Shown here one piece after another: positions 24,776 to 38,274 of a stretch of 64,000 nucleotides of DNA; within the stretch, counting starts at the first letter, position 1; every line of letters begins with the position of its first letter. The DNA comes from Callorhinchus milii (taxonomy: Eukaryota): assembly GCF_018977255.1 (NCBI RefSeq), contig NW_024704743.1:60452001-60516000 (forward strand), written 5' to 3'. Under the pieces are notes generated by a model. It was not told the DNA's origin and made no database searches. It saw only the letters and a program-made list of their open reading frames with translations. Position numbers and translations under genes: made by a program.

Positions 24776-25205
24776 CAGTTAGCTGTGTAAAGACTTTTGA
24801 GATATAGATAGGAGGGAGAGGGTCAAACCCAATAATTATCAGCTTATATTGCAGTGTTTCTTAGCAGATTCAATGTGACAACCCATCCTGTATATCTGAA
24901 TGATACATTTTGATGATATCATTAAAAAGTTCCTGTCTGTGTAACAGAAAAAGTGAACGGAAAGCACAACTGTGCATCATTTTCATTGCGATAACCTGAT
25001 GTGCAACATGCTGACATTTTCATGAGGCACTGGCATGCATTGCATCATTAAATTCTGTGTTTGATCCAAGGAAAAACATTTAGCAAACACCTCATCATTT
25101 TTATGTTGTTTTATTTTTTTGCACGTTTAACTTTCTCCTTCATGCTCTTGAAACACGAGCACATGGGAACCAGGTCCCCAGATGTCAGCCACCCTCAGCT
25201 ACTTC

Positions 25206-25585
25206 AACAACAACAACAACTTGCATTTATATAGCATCGGTCACACAATGCAGTGTCCCAGAGAGCTTGACAGTGATGGAGGATGCTGCCAACCCGATGG
25301 GAGGTGACTGTAGGCACAGTCAAAGAGGATGGTCTTCAGGCATGACCTGAAGATGGGGAAGGAAGGGACAAGGTGGAGGGATAGAAGAAGAGCTTTCCTG
25401 AGTTTTGGGGTATAGTGGCTGAAAGCGTGGCCAACGATGGTGGAGCGGAGGTACGAGGGACATGCAGGATCCCGAAGCAAGTCGAGCAGAAACAACGTGT
25501 AATATGTTGGGGAGTAAGCAGGTCGGAGAGGTAGGGAGGTGCCAGGGCATGAAGGGATTTGAAGACTTCAGCATGAGGAACAGGA
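25206..25585 (-). mobile_element. L2 3' end
   Basis: (CAA)n tail; minus-strand peptides VFKSLHALAPPYLSDLL, GHAFSHY, FRSCLKTILF. Confidence 0.85.
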
Positions 25586-25649
25586 GATGCTTTGAGACAT
25601 CTCAACGACATGTTAAGGTGCTATATTAAATGCAAGGATTATTATGGCG

Positions 25650-25760
25650 ATAGGGAAGGTGAATGGAATTAGCTTAGAAGATCAGCCATGATCTTATTAA
25701 ATGGCGGGGCAAGCTCGAGGGGCTGAATGGCCTCCTCCTTATGTTCTTATGTTCTTCTTA
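25650..25760 (+). mobile_element. CR1 3' tail
   Basis: gatcagccatgatcttattaaatggcggggcaagctcgaggggctgaatggcctcctccttatgttcttatgttctt. Confidence 0.8.
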
Positions 25761-26979
25761 TTATAATGCTCTCCAGAATTAGGTAAGAAGGGTGTGTCTA
25801 TCCAGGGAGAGAGTGCACATTCTATTCCAGCCAGAGGAAACTTTCCATGTGTAGGTGTAGGTGGCATATATATGTGCAACTCTCGGTCTGGATTTGATAT
25901 TCTTAAATATGGATTTCCGTCTGCGTCAGACACCGGGCTGACTGAACAAAACGATCTGTAATCTCCTTAATACCCTAAGTTGCCAAGTGTTCTTTATGAG
26001 TGAGCTTAGACTGTGAGCTTCGGCAGACTATTTGACTGCGGAGGAGGAAATCACAACTGAGACCAATCCTGTTCTCCGCAGACCTAGCCACGTTGTTATA
26101 TAAAGCCTGCGAGGGGAGGAGAAATGAGATCAGGAAAGGCAGGGAAAAAAATACAGTCTCTCTGGTTCATGCTCATTCGTCTTCTAGTTGATTACTGGTT
26201 ACTGAGTGACATTGAAAAAGTCCCGGAAGCCTGCCCTGGGATCGCAGGGCACTACATATGGATAATAATAATATAATACTCCTTATATTTGGAATTGCAA
26301 CATTCACTTTGGGAAGACATTCCAAAATGCTTCACAGGATATAATATAAAGTACAGTGACTGTGTTTTGTGGAATGAGGCAACAGTAAGGGCCACAACAA
26401 TCCCAGAATATAACACAAAAATATACATTTTGTTTTCAGTAAACTGACTCATTCTGTAGGTTTCCAAAAGCAGAACAGAAAGAAAAAAGTATTCTCAAAA
26501 CCTAAACAGAGGTGGTGAGGAATAGATTCAACAGAATTCAGGGATCGTTAAGGAGGATGTTACTCTGATTGTAAATGATAGATTAATTGATTCTTTCATT
26601 TGTGTTGAACTGATTATTTTTGAAGCCCTTCCTGCCAAGAAGCTTTAGCAATTCCCAGAAAGTATCAGTGGAAATTTCTCCCTTTTTCTTTGACTGCTTT
26701 GGTTAGGACAGGGTTAATTGAGGAGATCAGATTTCAGCATTCCAGTTCCATAATAGTGGGTTTCTGGGTTAAAAGAAAATGTTTTGTTTTTCACTCTGAA
26801 CCAAACCTTATCGTCAAGAGCCACGTTTCCAAGTGGCCACCCAGTCTGTTTCTTATTATATTTTTGGAAATTCTTCGGTGATCTGGTTTTAATCAGCAAA
26901 CTGTTAGGGTAAAGGGTCAGCAGTTGGCAGTGACTAAGTGAACAATCAGCAACTCTTTCCTTCTTTTGAACAATGCATT

Positions 26980-27600
26980 CGAGAAAGCATAGGCTTTCCT
27001 CCATATTCACAACATTCATTGCCTTTGCCACAGCCTCACCCTACCAAAGCAGCTGAAACTTTCACCCATCTCTTTGCCAACTTCAGACTCGAGGTTTACA
27101 ATGTGCTATTTGCTGGCTTCCCCAGATCCAAACTGCAGACCATCCAGCACTCCCCAAGCTCATGTGGTCTATCACATTCGGCTCTTATCCTACCCCTCCT
27201 AGCTCCACTTGCTCCGAGGAGGATCAATTTTAAGATAGAAACACCGAAAAATAGGAACAGAAGGCCAATCAGCCCATCAGGTCTGTTTCATTAGGTCATT
27301 AGATTGTAACTGATCTTTTAATCCCAATGCTCTTTTACCATACCCTTTATACCTCTGGTACCCAAGATCATCATGTCCTTAACTTCAGACGCCTTTACAG
27401 CCTTGCTCCAGCCTATTCGGTGATCTCCTGTCACCCTATTCCTCAGTCACTCCGTCTGCTAACTTTGGGGGCTTCATGCTCCCAGCCTTGTGGGGCAAAC
27501 ATTTTGCCACCTTGCACCTGCCCTCTGGAACTTTTCTGAAATCTCTCGGGATTAGCCCTCTCTCTCTGCTTTCATAATCCAACCAAAGACTCATCTCTTT
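26980..27600 (+). mobile_element. L2 fragment interrupted by an antisense CR1 tail (about 27237-27365)
   Basis: Peptide AAETFTHLFANFRLEVYNVLFAGFP.SKLQ.IQ...RINFKI; insert agaaacaccgaaaaataggaacagaaggccaatcagccc. Confidence 0.7.
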
Positions 27601-27734
27601 TTATTCCACTTTGTTACCCTGCGTGACTAGCAATATATAAATGTAAGCTGTTGTTGGCTGTTGCTTTTGACTGCAAAATATACAGTCACAACACTTTACG
27701 GTACATCGTGTAAAGTACTTTGAAATTCCTCCTG

Positions 27735-28065
27735 ACATGACAAAGAAAGTGGCAGCCAATTTGCACACAGCAATGTCCCACAAACAGCCATGAAGTGAAT
27801 AACTAATTTTATTGGGGGGTTGTTAACCAAGATACTGAGAGAAACTCACTTTTATTTTCAAATAATGAAAGAATAATTTTAATGTCTTTAATTGACTGCC
27901 ACATTTCACCCACAAAATACATATTCATGAAACTTTACAGTATATTCGGTGAAGCGCTTTGAGACATCTCAACGATGTGATAAGGCGCTATATCAAACGC
28001 AAGGTTTATTATTATTATTAATGTCCAATTGAATAGGCAGACGGGACCTCAGTTTCAAAGTCTCC
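27735..28065 (-). mobile_element. Deu-domain SINE split by a plus-strand SINE tail (27887-28017) with 8-bp TSD
   Basis: ttaatgtc at 27879-27886 and 28018-28025 flanks the inserted tail; Deu core continues (gaataggcagacgggacctc). Confidence 0.7.
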
Positions 28066-28488
28066 TACAATACAGTACAAAGCAATAAAATAAATTGAAA
28101 TACACTGACACCAATTTCATCCCACTAAAATCTGAGATGTTTCATAATGTATTTCTTATGTTAATTATCATTAGGAACATAACTATAATTTACACTTTTA
28201 TATAATTTTTCTTATTGGGAAAACATCTCAAAATACTTTACCAAGACTGAGGGTGAACTCAAGCTGGGAGGGAGCTGGGAGGGCAGAGGGGAAGGGGGTT
28301 TGGGGAATGATTGAAAGCATAGGTGACTGAAAGAAAGGTGGGCCTTCATACAACATGAAACATGGCAAGTTTCTTCTGGTTCATCAACTATTGACAGGCT
28401 ACTCTCACACGCTGTCACCCTCTCCTGCATGACTTGTCTCTGCCTCATTCCTGACCTCACAAATTGATCTTCCACTCAATGAGCTTAC

Positions 28489-28519
28489 TCGAATCTGACA
28501 TTCCCGAGAGAGATATTCG
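28489..28519 (-). other. Candidate 31-nt micro-exon of an unidentified transcript
   Basis: Minus strand: ttccttttctttcgcAG | cgaatatctctctcgggaatgtcagattcga | GTaagc. All three frames open; four CpGs in about 36 nt. Confidence 0.35.
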
Positions 28520-31231
28520 CTGCGAAAGAAAAGGAAACAGACTTAATTTAGTCAGTATCTTCTTCTGTGGTATAATAATTATGATGATCAGAATGGTGTT
28601 TTAAATCTGAGATTAGCTCAGCCTCCACCCGTGGAGAGGAGAAAGGAAATCCTATTTCCTTGACTGAGTTAGATGGGCATTTCAAAACAGTCTAATTTTA
28701 ATAAACTATAATTTTGATGGACCCTGATTTTGATGTTTTTTTCTAACTTACTATATTGTGTTTCACCCTGAACACAGAGTTTAGTTACACAGATTAAAAG
28801 TCAATTTTTGGCCCAGCCCGAGTTGGTTTTGGAGCTGTTCTGTATTTAATCTTGTGCGGAACTTTTCCCCACCCCACTAAACAAAATAACTCACAATGAA
28901 ATGTGGTGATCAGTAAAAAGAAAGTGTAATGTGAGATGCCACATACAAGACTAATGTTGCTTAAATGGAACTTTTTCATTAATATAACACAATACAAATA
29001 CAATTCACCTTTATTATTATCTCACAATTGGCCGAGCACTGAAACTGTGGGGAGGGAACATAAGAAGGTGGGGGAAAAGGATGATGAAAGCATGTCAAAG
29101 TGGTAAGTCTTAAGGCGGGCTTTAAAAGAGAGAGGGAGGGGGCGAAGAGGAGAGACTGGGATGGGATGGAATTCCAGCGAAATGGCTGAATGTTCGCTCA
29201 CCGATGGTGGAGTAGATGGAATGGGAGACGTGAATCAGGCCTCTATACATTACAGAGGATATAGTAATCTGCAAGGAACTGGTGATAACAACAAGAACGA
29301 CAACAATTTGGATTTATATAGCGCCCTTCACGATAGATCAGAAGAAACAATTCTGTATGTGAAAAAGTATTAGAAACTGGTGTCCTAATATTCAAGGTAC
29401 AGCATTGCATTGACAGGAGCCAGGCACAGTAAAGGTGATGGTTCAGATGACCAGTGCTCTGTACATACTCTGTACATACTCAGGTATATATTCTGAGCAG
29501 ATGAGTGCCACATCATTGCAGAAATACAGTATATTATTTTGCAACAATATCTTCACTGATTTAGAGAATTTTGTCCTTTTGCTGCTGTGCCAGATTGCTT
29601 TTCTGGAACCTTACCAGCTACAACCCCACATTTCCATAACTCAGCACATCCAGCAAATAGATTTCAGCAGGGCTGCGTTTTATAGAGTTGCACTCAGTAC
29701 TTAAGAAATTTATGCTTAAGAGGTTTGTTAAACCATGCAACTTGCCACAACCTCTCAACCACACTTTATTTGAATTGACAGGAGCTGTTTGGGAGCTGGT
29801 CAAGGTCTTGCGAGCAGGGCGTTGTCACATCCATTACAAACAGAGTTAGTGGAGTTTTTCAAATCTATATTCTGTGGTATACAGTGATGTGATGGATAGC
29901 TCTGATATTTGCCACTGTCTGTCTGTCGTCCATGGCATCCTGACTAGGTTAGAGCTTTTAATGAACTGAATAAAAGTTTGCCCTTAAATTATTTCTGTGA
30001 ACTCTTCTATGGATCCGCTGTGTTTGATGAATTCTGGCAATGGACTGGTCTGGCAAGCAGATTCATATAGCTCATACATCTGAAAATCCAACTCTGATTA
30101 GAGAATGGAGGCGAGGAGAAGCACAAAGTTTAAGGAGTCCTGGGCTGCATATATTCTTCCTGTGGATGGCATGTGGAAATATACCTGTTATAAGTAAGGC
30201 ACTGAAGTAAACAAAGTCAGAATAACAATTCTCCTGGTATTGTTTCCACATCTCATATTAAAACATAAGTGATTTACATTAAGTTGAGGGACTGACTAAC
30301 TAGACTGCTTAACATTAGAATTATAATTTAGTGCACTTTTTGCATTCAGATATGCTTGTCAAACATGTGAAGGCTACTGGCTATTCTTCAATCTGGTTGT
30401 TGCATACCTTAATATAAATCAAGGTGATTTATATATAAATTCTGACAATAAAGAAAAAAAATCACATGACTGTCTCCATATTAGCCGTGACTCATGAGTA
30501 AGGAAAATATGTTGTTAACTCTTCCTAATGCTAAAGAGCCTATGCTTTCAGGCATTGACAATCTGTCTGGATTGTCATGTAATATCCACTTTTAATATTC
30601 TTTTTCACAGATTATTTTATTCACCATTTATATAGTGTCTTTTGAAGTCCTCAACAAGTTAAGGATATTTACATGTTTTGAGTATTTATTGTTTCTTGTA
30701 TAATAGCCAATTGCACTTTTAATAATCACAGAGATGTGAAGTGCAGCTATTTGTAGAAGTTCTCAGGATTTTGTATTGAGCAAGCAAGGTGCTAATTATT
30801 CCGTTCATGCACGGCTGGATTCCAATGTACTTTCTTGCAGAGGGGCTGCGATTAATGTTCTCTCTGTATGTGTGCAGCCACATTTATGTTCTCCTTTTTG
30901 GGTTTGTGATATTTTGTGCAACTGAAGATTGAGCAGGTGGAAATTTGGGTCATGTCCATGGCCGAGAGAGCTCCTTGTTGTAGTTCACACTTAGAAAAGG
31001 AATTTTAGAATTCTATTACGTCAAAATGACATATTAAAATAAAACAGTACATTTTGGGGGTTAAAGAATACTCATAGAACTTTCAGTTTGGAACAACCAG
31101 TGCCATGGCAGCCACTCACCCATTCATTTTTTAGAGGTGATCACATTATTCAGTTCAGAGGTGTTGATTTGTAAATTCAGACTGTCTCCAGGGTTCAGTA
31201 TCTGCCTGGCTTGGGTCCACTGCTGACTCGT

Positions 31232-31531
31232 GGAGTCCTGTAGCTCAGTGGTTAGAGCACTCGCTTTGCAAGCGAGAGACCTGAGTTCAATTCCAGGCAG
31301 GGCGAAACCTTGGGCAAGTTTCCTTACTCCACACGCCTAATAATAATCCCTCCAAAACCAAAACCAATAATAAAATGGTTATTTTCAATCTAGACTGTTT
31401 GTGGGACATTGCTGTGCGCAATTGGCTGCTGCGTTCGCCCACAAATATACAGTCAATTCACTTTACAGTGTGTTCTGTGAAGCGCTTTGGGACGTCCTCT
31501 TGACGTGAAAAGCGCTATATCAAATGCAAGG

Positions 31532-31569
<38 letters not shown>
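31232..31569 (+). mobile_element. tRNA-derived SINE, short variant, young full-length copy
   Basis: ggagtcctgtagctcagtggttagagcactcgctttgcaagcgagagacctgagttcaattcc (A/B boxes, Ala-TGC-like anticodon arm), intact 3' hairpin, long (TAT)n. Confidence 0.95.
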
Positions 31570-31571
<2 letters not shown>

Positions 31572-32006
31572 CTTCAGTTCAAGTGGTACATGAAGTAGAC
31601 AAAAAAAATTATATTTTTGAAGTTGTACAGGGCTTCATCTACTTTGCAGAGTTTTAGGTTACTGTGTAGCAAACTCTGGTTTAAAATCCTGTGTTACCTG
31701 CAGGAAACCTTTGCCCGCCATCAAATGGTCACACTCAGTATTCCCAGTGCCTGTGCAATAACCACACAGAATTTGTACGTGATTTCAGCAAAGGTCAATG
31801 AAACCATGCACTCGAGACTCAAGGACATTCTGCACAAACCTACAGAAAGTGAGCACATTAGAGACCAGGTCCTTCACTCCTTCACAGTCTTGATCTTCAA
31901 TGGGCAATGCAATGCAAGTTTTAAGAATTCTGAAAGGCATTAATAACATAAATGGAACAATTTATCTAACTTAAACTGTGAGTGTGGGGCTAGAGATCAC
32001 ATTATA

Positions 32007-32180
32007 AATAATAATAATAACCCTTGCATTTGATATAGCGCCGAATCACATCTTCAAGGTGTTTCAAAGAGCTTCAAAGAGTGTAAGTAAATTGACTGTA
32101 TATCTTGTGGACAAAATGCAGCAGCCAATTGTGCACAGCAGTGTCCCACAAACAGTCGTGGATTGAGTGACCAAATTATT
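32007..32180 (-). mobile_element. SINE 3' half
   Basis: ataataataacccttgcatttgatatagcgcc...gtcccacaaacagtcgtggattgagtgacc. Confidence 0.85.
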
Positions 32181-35100
32181 CTTATTCTCTTTTAAAAACA
32201 GCTGGAACCTGACAATAAATCACCGACATTTCACTTTGGTCTGTGCATTCTGTGGCAGAACCCGACCCCAAGGCACCAGTGCTAAAGTAGCAAGGAACCC
32301 ATCCACCACTTCCCAGAATATCACATGGTCCACCCTACTCAAGTAACACTAGCTTTCAGCCCATAATGAGAGCTTTCAGACAAAGACAACTACAAAAAAT
32401 TACTATAAGATAGGCACTGCTTGAAAGGATCCCATCTGTACTGTCAATTTTATTGGTTGCTGCTAGTTTTGCTTGAAGTTTCCCCAACAAAAGTCCTTGG
32501 CGGCTTAATTGCTTGACAACCAGTCTTGGAGCAGGAGGTTCTAAATTTACCCCTCATGGGTTTTCTCATCCTTTCACCATTTGAGTTAAATGTTGCTAAC
32601 AATGATCTCCTTGGGAAGTTGGTAATTCAGGAACTCTCCAGGATTGAGGGGTGTACCCCAACTACACACATGGGGGAGAAAAAAATCCATAGAGTGACTC
32701 TTGTTTGTGCCTTTCCCATGGTTCAGCCAATTGCACAGGGAATGAAACCTTGGGAAAAAGACAATAACGATCTGGCCATGGAGGGGCTGTATGTATGTGC
32801 TGCATATACGCAGCAACTGAACTCACACAACCGAGAGGTTCAGATCCACTAGTTCCTGCTGAGACTTGGCCTGGTTTCAGCTTGGACTGAAAGGCTGTGG
32901 AAAGTGGGTTATGATTAAGTGGCTAATATGGAGAAAAAGAAGCAGGAAAGCTGATGGCCTGTTTCTCTACTGTAAAAATATATGATTCTTTATAGTTAAC
33001 AACAAATATGAGAGATTACAGGATTGTTGGTGATTAATTCTATAACTAACACCACCTGTAATTTCCTCTGACCCACATGTGTGTACCTATGGCTGACCCA
33101 ACTCACAAATTAGACCTCAGTCTCTGTGCGGGAACTTGCTTCATGGTGGGCTAAGAAAGATCATGTTCCTTTGCTATGAAAGACACACCTTATCACCACA
33201 AATTCAAACCTATCTTTTGGGGTCCTATAATTTGCACTGACAGTTTCAACACTGGCTTCTCCATTGTGAGATTCAAAAAAGATTTTGTAACAAACAGATC
33301 CTGCAGGTACTTGCATGTGTCCTAAGCTGACTCTCCCAAACTCCAGCAAAATGTGTTCTTTCATCCCAGAGCACAACCATATTCCTTGTCCTTTCTTTAA
33401 GTCTTGTAGTTTTTTTCTGCAACAGAATAGCTCTAACCCTCTGACTTAGGGTTGACATTGTGCAACATTTGGTTCTATATTTGGTGCCTCATTTGCCTGT
33501 GAGGAAAAGATAAAAGCATCTCACCAATGTTATGGCACTGCTTCATTATGGTACTGCCTCATTACCTTGTCTACCAGGAGATCTAGTTTGTATTCGCCCA
33601 CAAAATCCACAGTAACCCTCTCTGTGAAGCTCTTTGATATGTCTCAACAACATGATAAGGTGCTATATCAAATGTAAGATTTTTTACAAATCCGAGTTTA
33701 CAAATTTATTGTTCACTCATTTGCATTTTGAAGTTTCCATCCAGAGGTAATCTTTCACTTTTATGACTTTTATGATTATGTTGGTTGTAGATGGAGAAGC
33801 ATGAAATGCTCATAGAGACTTGAACTTTTCTGCTCAGGAGACCGTTCAGACAATTGTGTCTGTACCACTGCTATCTCTTTTCTCAATCTCCCTTTTTTTC
33901 AACGATCCCTATATTGTTGATTAGTGAATTGACCTCTAGCATTTTATAGTGCCATAGTCAAATGTTCTGGAGAATCAGTAAGCTTGACATCTGCTACGTG
34001 TGGATTCCAATGGTAGAGATTCCAAGGAGAAACATTTAATTTAAAAACATTGTACTTCTCCTTTCCAAATAAGACATTTGCCTTTTTTTTAAGTACACAT
34101 GAAGCTCACACCAGACCATCACTCATTGTCATTTCTATACAAGGCCACCACTATACCTATTTCAAGTATGTTAGATTTCCAAGACACTACCCTGAATGAA
34201 GGGTGCTATACAGATACAAGTTGTAGTTGTATCACTAATTCCTCTTACCAATTTCATATGAGCATATATTCTACCGTGTGTAACAAATTGGAAGCAATCT
34301 TTCGAACGTCCACTTCATCACTTTTGATCACTTTTCATCGAGGGAGTAGGCTGTTCCTTTTGGGCTTTTATTTACCCAACTTAAGGACAGGAAGACTTCT
34401 ATCTCAGTGACTTCATACCCCCAGAGGATCAATTGTAAGATCCTTGTCCTTACTTTTAAATCCCTGCAATGGATTTGCTGTCTTACCTTAGCAATCTCCT
34501 GCAACCCTACTTCCCCAGCCACTCTCCTCTGCTCTCTATAGCTTGCTTTATGCCCCCGTCTACTACATAAAATTGATCAGTGTGTGTTCAAGAACCTGGG
34601 CTCCAGGTAATGCTTTCCAGCAGCTGTAGTCCGAAGCCTCACAGTTTCCCCATCAACTATTTGACAGACATCTGCCTTCATTATGGTGGAAGGACATTAT
34701 TCAGAACAATTTGCAATGTACTAGCCACTTTGATGTTCTAGGTATCCAAGGTATGAAACATTTATCCAACTTAACCAAACTATTATTGTCTCAAAGTGCA
34801 CAATATCCAATCTTTGATATTTTAGCTGGACCTGATCATAGTGCTGGTCATTTAGTTTGTGATTATCTATACCACTTCCTTAATCTTCTATCTGTGGGTT
34901 GTGAAACCTTTCTTCCTCACGTGGATCAATGTCTGTACCAGGTGTTGACTTGGCAGAGAGAGCTGATTATATTTTGCTGTTAAATAAAAGACACATGTAG
35001 CACTGGCCAAATGGAGCTCATGCATCTCTCTTATATGACTCTTTAATGCAGCCTTAAGGAGAATAGTATTGGCACCGGTTGGGGACCTCCTGTTGAGGTA

Positions 35101-35352
35101 TATCGCCAAGCTCTACCAGATGCAAATAAAAATACAACAAGATTCCATTTATACTGAATTATACTGAAAGTAAGTAACATAGCAAGTTATCAGCAGACAC
35201 TGCCACAATTTGGTATCCTATCTTCATGTAATTTCCTGCAGGGTAATAGATTGATGCAGTAAACCTCTTCCCTCATAATATATCTCTGAATAAGTTATTC
35301 CCATTAACCAGTTAACAGTTAACAGATAGATCTACATATAGGTTGTAGACAG

Positions 35353-35755
35353 GTGTCATCCTGGCCCAGTTGGCAGCATGTGAGTCAGAAGGTTGCAGAT
35401 CAAACTCCAGGAGCTCATAGTCGAAGCAAGCACTCCAAGAGAGTGGTGGGCCGTACCCAGCATTGTTGCTACCCTTTGGATAAAATGTTAAACTGAGGTC
35501 CCATCTGCCTGATCAAGTGGACCTTAAAGATACCATGGTACCATTCAAAAAGAGAAGGGAGTTACTTCCAGTGTCCTCGCCAACAGTCTCCCAGAAAATT
35601 AAATAATCATTCAATTCACGGTTGTTTGATGGACATTGCTGTACACAAGTTGGCTGCTACATTCTCTACAAAAACAGTTACTACATTTTACAGTAAATGC
35701 TTTCTAGATGCCTTCCTGATGTGAAAGGATCATATCAAATGCCAAAATATTATTA
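35353..35755 (+). mobile_element. Deu-domain SINE, old
   Basis: gtgtcatcctggcccagttggcagc...gagtcagaaggttg...gttaaactgaggtcccatctgcctg...aaagataccatgg. Confidence 0.8.
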
Positions 35756-36159
35756 AATCGTAAACCATTTAGTTTAACGCAGTGACAAACTGTTCAGTTT
35801 TAGCTAATTAAACCAGCATTACCACAGTGCACATGTGGGTTCCCATGGTTTGACTCTTGTCAATCTATGCTTATTACGTTTTGGTACTTTTTGATAGAGA
35901 CTGGAACCCTCCAGTGACAGAATATATACTCCATATTCCAGAGACAAACAGATATGTCCATGTAAATTTCTATGTTGTTGGTTTGGATACTTTTAAGCAT
36001 GTTAGACACCTAGCTGACCAAAGAAAATCTACATTTGCAATTACAATTACAATTAGGCATATTTAATACATAGAATGTACCAAACGAAGCCCCCTTTTAC
36101 CTGGTGATTTCTATGAAGCCAACCCTGAGGCATTGGGCTTTTGGCTTATGAATTGGTAG

Positions 36160-36470
36160 CAGCCTGTTTCATGTCCCACCGTGCCCGTCCCACTATTGGC
36201 GATCAAGTTTTCAGACTTTCTGGCCCTGCTCTCTGGAACTCCGTCCTTTCCATTCATCTCTCTCCTTCCCTCACCTCTTTTAAGATCTGTCTGAAGACTT
36301 TCCTGTTTAATTGTATCTTTAGTCATCTTCCCACCCTCACCAATCCGGCTCCCTTGAGCCCTCACCCCTCCTGAATGCAATCCCCAGTTCGGGAGCAAAC
36401 TCTTGACTGTCCAGTGCCTTGGGATTTCCTCCCAACGCAAAAGCCACTATATAAATGCAATTTATTGTTG
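36160..36470 (+). mobile_element. L2 3' end
   Basis: Peptide RPTIGDQVF..SGPALWNS...SFKICLKTFLF; tail cactatataaatgcaatttattgttg. Confidence 0.85.
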
Positions 36471-37060
36471 CACCACTAAAGTGGTCCCATTGTTTCCTTA
36501 CAATGCAATTAGATTCTCAAAATTAATCATCACTTGGTTTAAGCTGATGCAATTAGAACATTTTAATTCTTATATGGGCAGTTACTGATTTTACAATAAA
36601 ACAGCAGCACTTTCTACATGTAGCACAATGTTTAATAGCAACTTCACCTAAAATATACTTGACACCTGTAGTTCATAAAAAGAGCGTATTTGTTCTCAAC
36701 CTTACCCTAAGGGTAAAATATAAAACCTTTGAATATAAATAAGAACTCAAACAAAAACTGATGCACATGGAAAAAGTGGCTATAATTTAAAGCAATGCTA
36801 CAGTTGAAATTGCTTTAGCTTTTTCAATTAATCATCATTTAACTGACTAATGTTAACCTGCAATGGCTGGACATAGCATGTGTTTGCTGTCTGTAAAGGT
36901 TATTGTGTCTTGTTCGCTAACTGTAGTTTATTTTGCAGACAGCAGAGTTATGGACAGTCTGGTGCTTGTGGAGGGCAGAGCTGAGAGGCCAGCGAGCATG
37001 ACATTGGAAAAGTCAAGTCTGGAGGTCACAAAGTTGTGGATATATTTAGGGTGAAGTCAT

Positions 37061-37439
37061 TAATAATAATAATAATAATCCTTGCATTTGATATACTGTG
37101 TTATCACGTCTTCGAGGCGTCTCAAAGTGCTTCACAGAATATACTGTAAATTGCATTGACTGTATATTTTTTGTGCTCGAAACGCGGTAGCCAATTGCGC
37201 ACAGCAGTGTCCCACAAACAGTCATGGATTGAGTGACCAAATGATTATTTTTTTTTGAGGGAAGTATTACGCCCGAAAATCGATCCGCCAATCGATTAAC
37301 AACCGGGTTGCTACTTACTACTAGGTAAACAGAGGCGTGTGCAGTAAAGAAACTTGCCCAATATTTCGCCCTGCCGAGAATCAAACACAGGTCTCTTGAT
37401 TACGAGGCAAGTGCTCTAACCACTAAGCTACATTACTCC
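37061..37439 (-). mobile_element. tRNA-derived SINE, long variant, full length, inserted in an L2 fragment
   Basis: Head ends gtgctctaaccactaagctacattactcc; body ctaggtaaacagaggcgtgtg; L2 antisense sequence at 36940-37060 abuts the tail. Confidence 0.92.
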
Positions 37440-38274
37440 AGAGGGTAAGTAATGACTTGAACAAGTTATCAGAGAGGGTGGTTGAAGTCAGAACACAGGA
37501 CTTTAAGAAACAACATAATGCTCTGATGGGAAGAAGATTGGGCAAGTATTCTGGAAGGATGAGATCAAATAGGCCAAAGAGCCTCTGTATGTTTACCTAT
37601 CTCCTAAAATTGTTATTCACTTTATAGCTGGTTGAGGGATCTTGCCGTTGCAAATGGCGTCTATATTTGACTCCAAAAATCGTCACTTTACTTGACAGTA
37701 ATTACTTGCGAAGCAATATTAAATTGCAAATTATTTATTTTCAAGATAACATTTGGTTCCTGTTACAAATTATTATTATCAATAGGATTATTTGCATTTG
37801 AGGCTGAACCATTTGCGTTGAACTGAAAAGAGAATCAAATGCAAAGATTATGGTTTAAAACTGAAACTTTCCTTTTCCTTAGACAAAATTGCTAGCTCAT
37901 CCAACAGGTGTATCCACCGAGTTAGAATTTTGAGCTATTTCCATCCATCTTTTGCTTAATTTTTTATTTTTTATTTTATTTATTATTTTATTTTTTATTT
38001 ATTTAACTTTTTTTAAAAAAGCAATTAATAATAACAACTTGCATTTAAATAGCACCCTTCACACAAGATAGCATGGAGTGCTGTATAGTGGTGGGTTTAG
38101 ATGCCAAGCAAGGGAGGAGGAGGTGGAAGAAGAGACACAATCAAAGACATCTGTCAAATATCAACTAGAACCCAAAATTGAAGAAAAAGTAAATTCTGAG
38201 ATTAAATCCCTATACAGCCAATAGCTACTAGTCACTGACTATGACACACAAATAATGCACTAGTCTTTCAATAT

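Noticed and set aside
31232..31305. tRNA-Ala(TGC)-like sequence (also near 61165-61234 and 5151)
   Set aside because: No acceptor-stem pairing, and it runs directly into the SINE body and tail; these are SINE heads, not tRNA genes.
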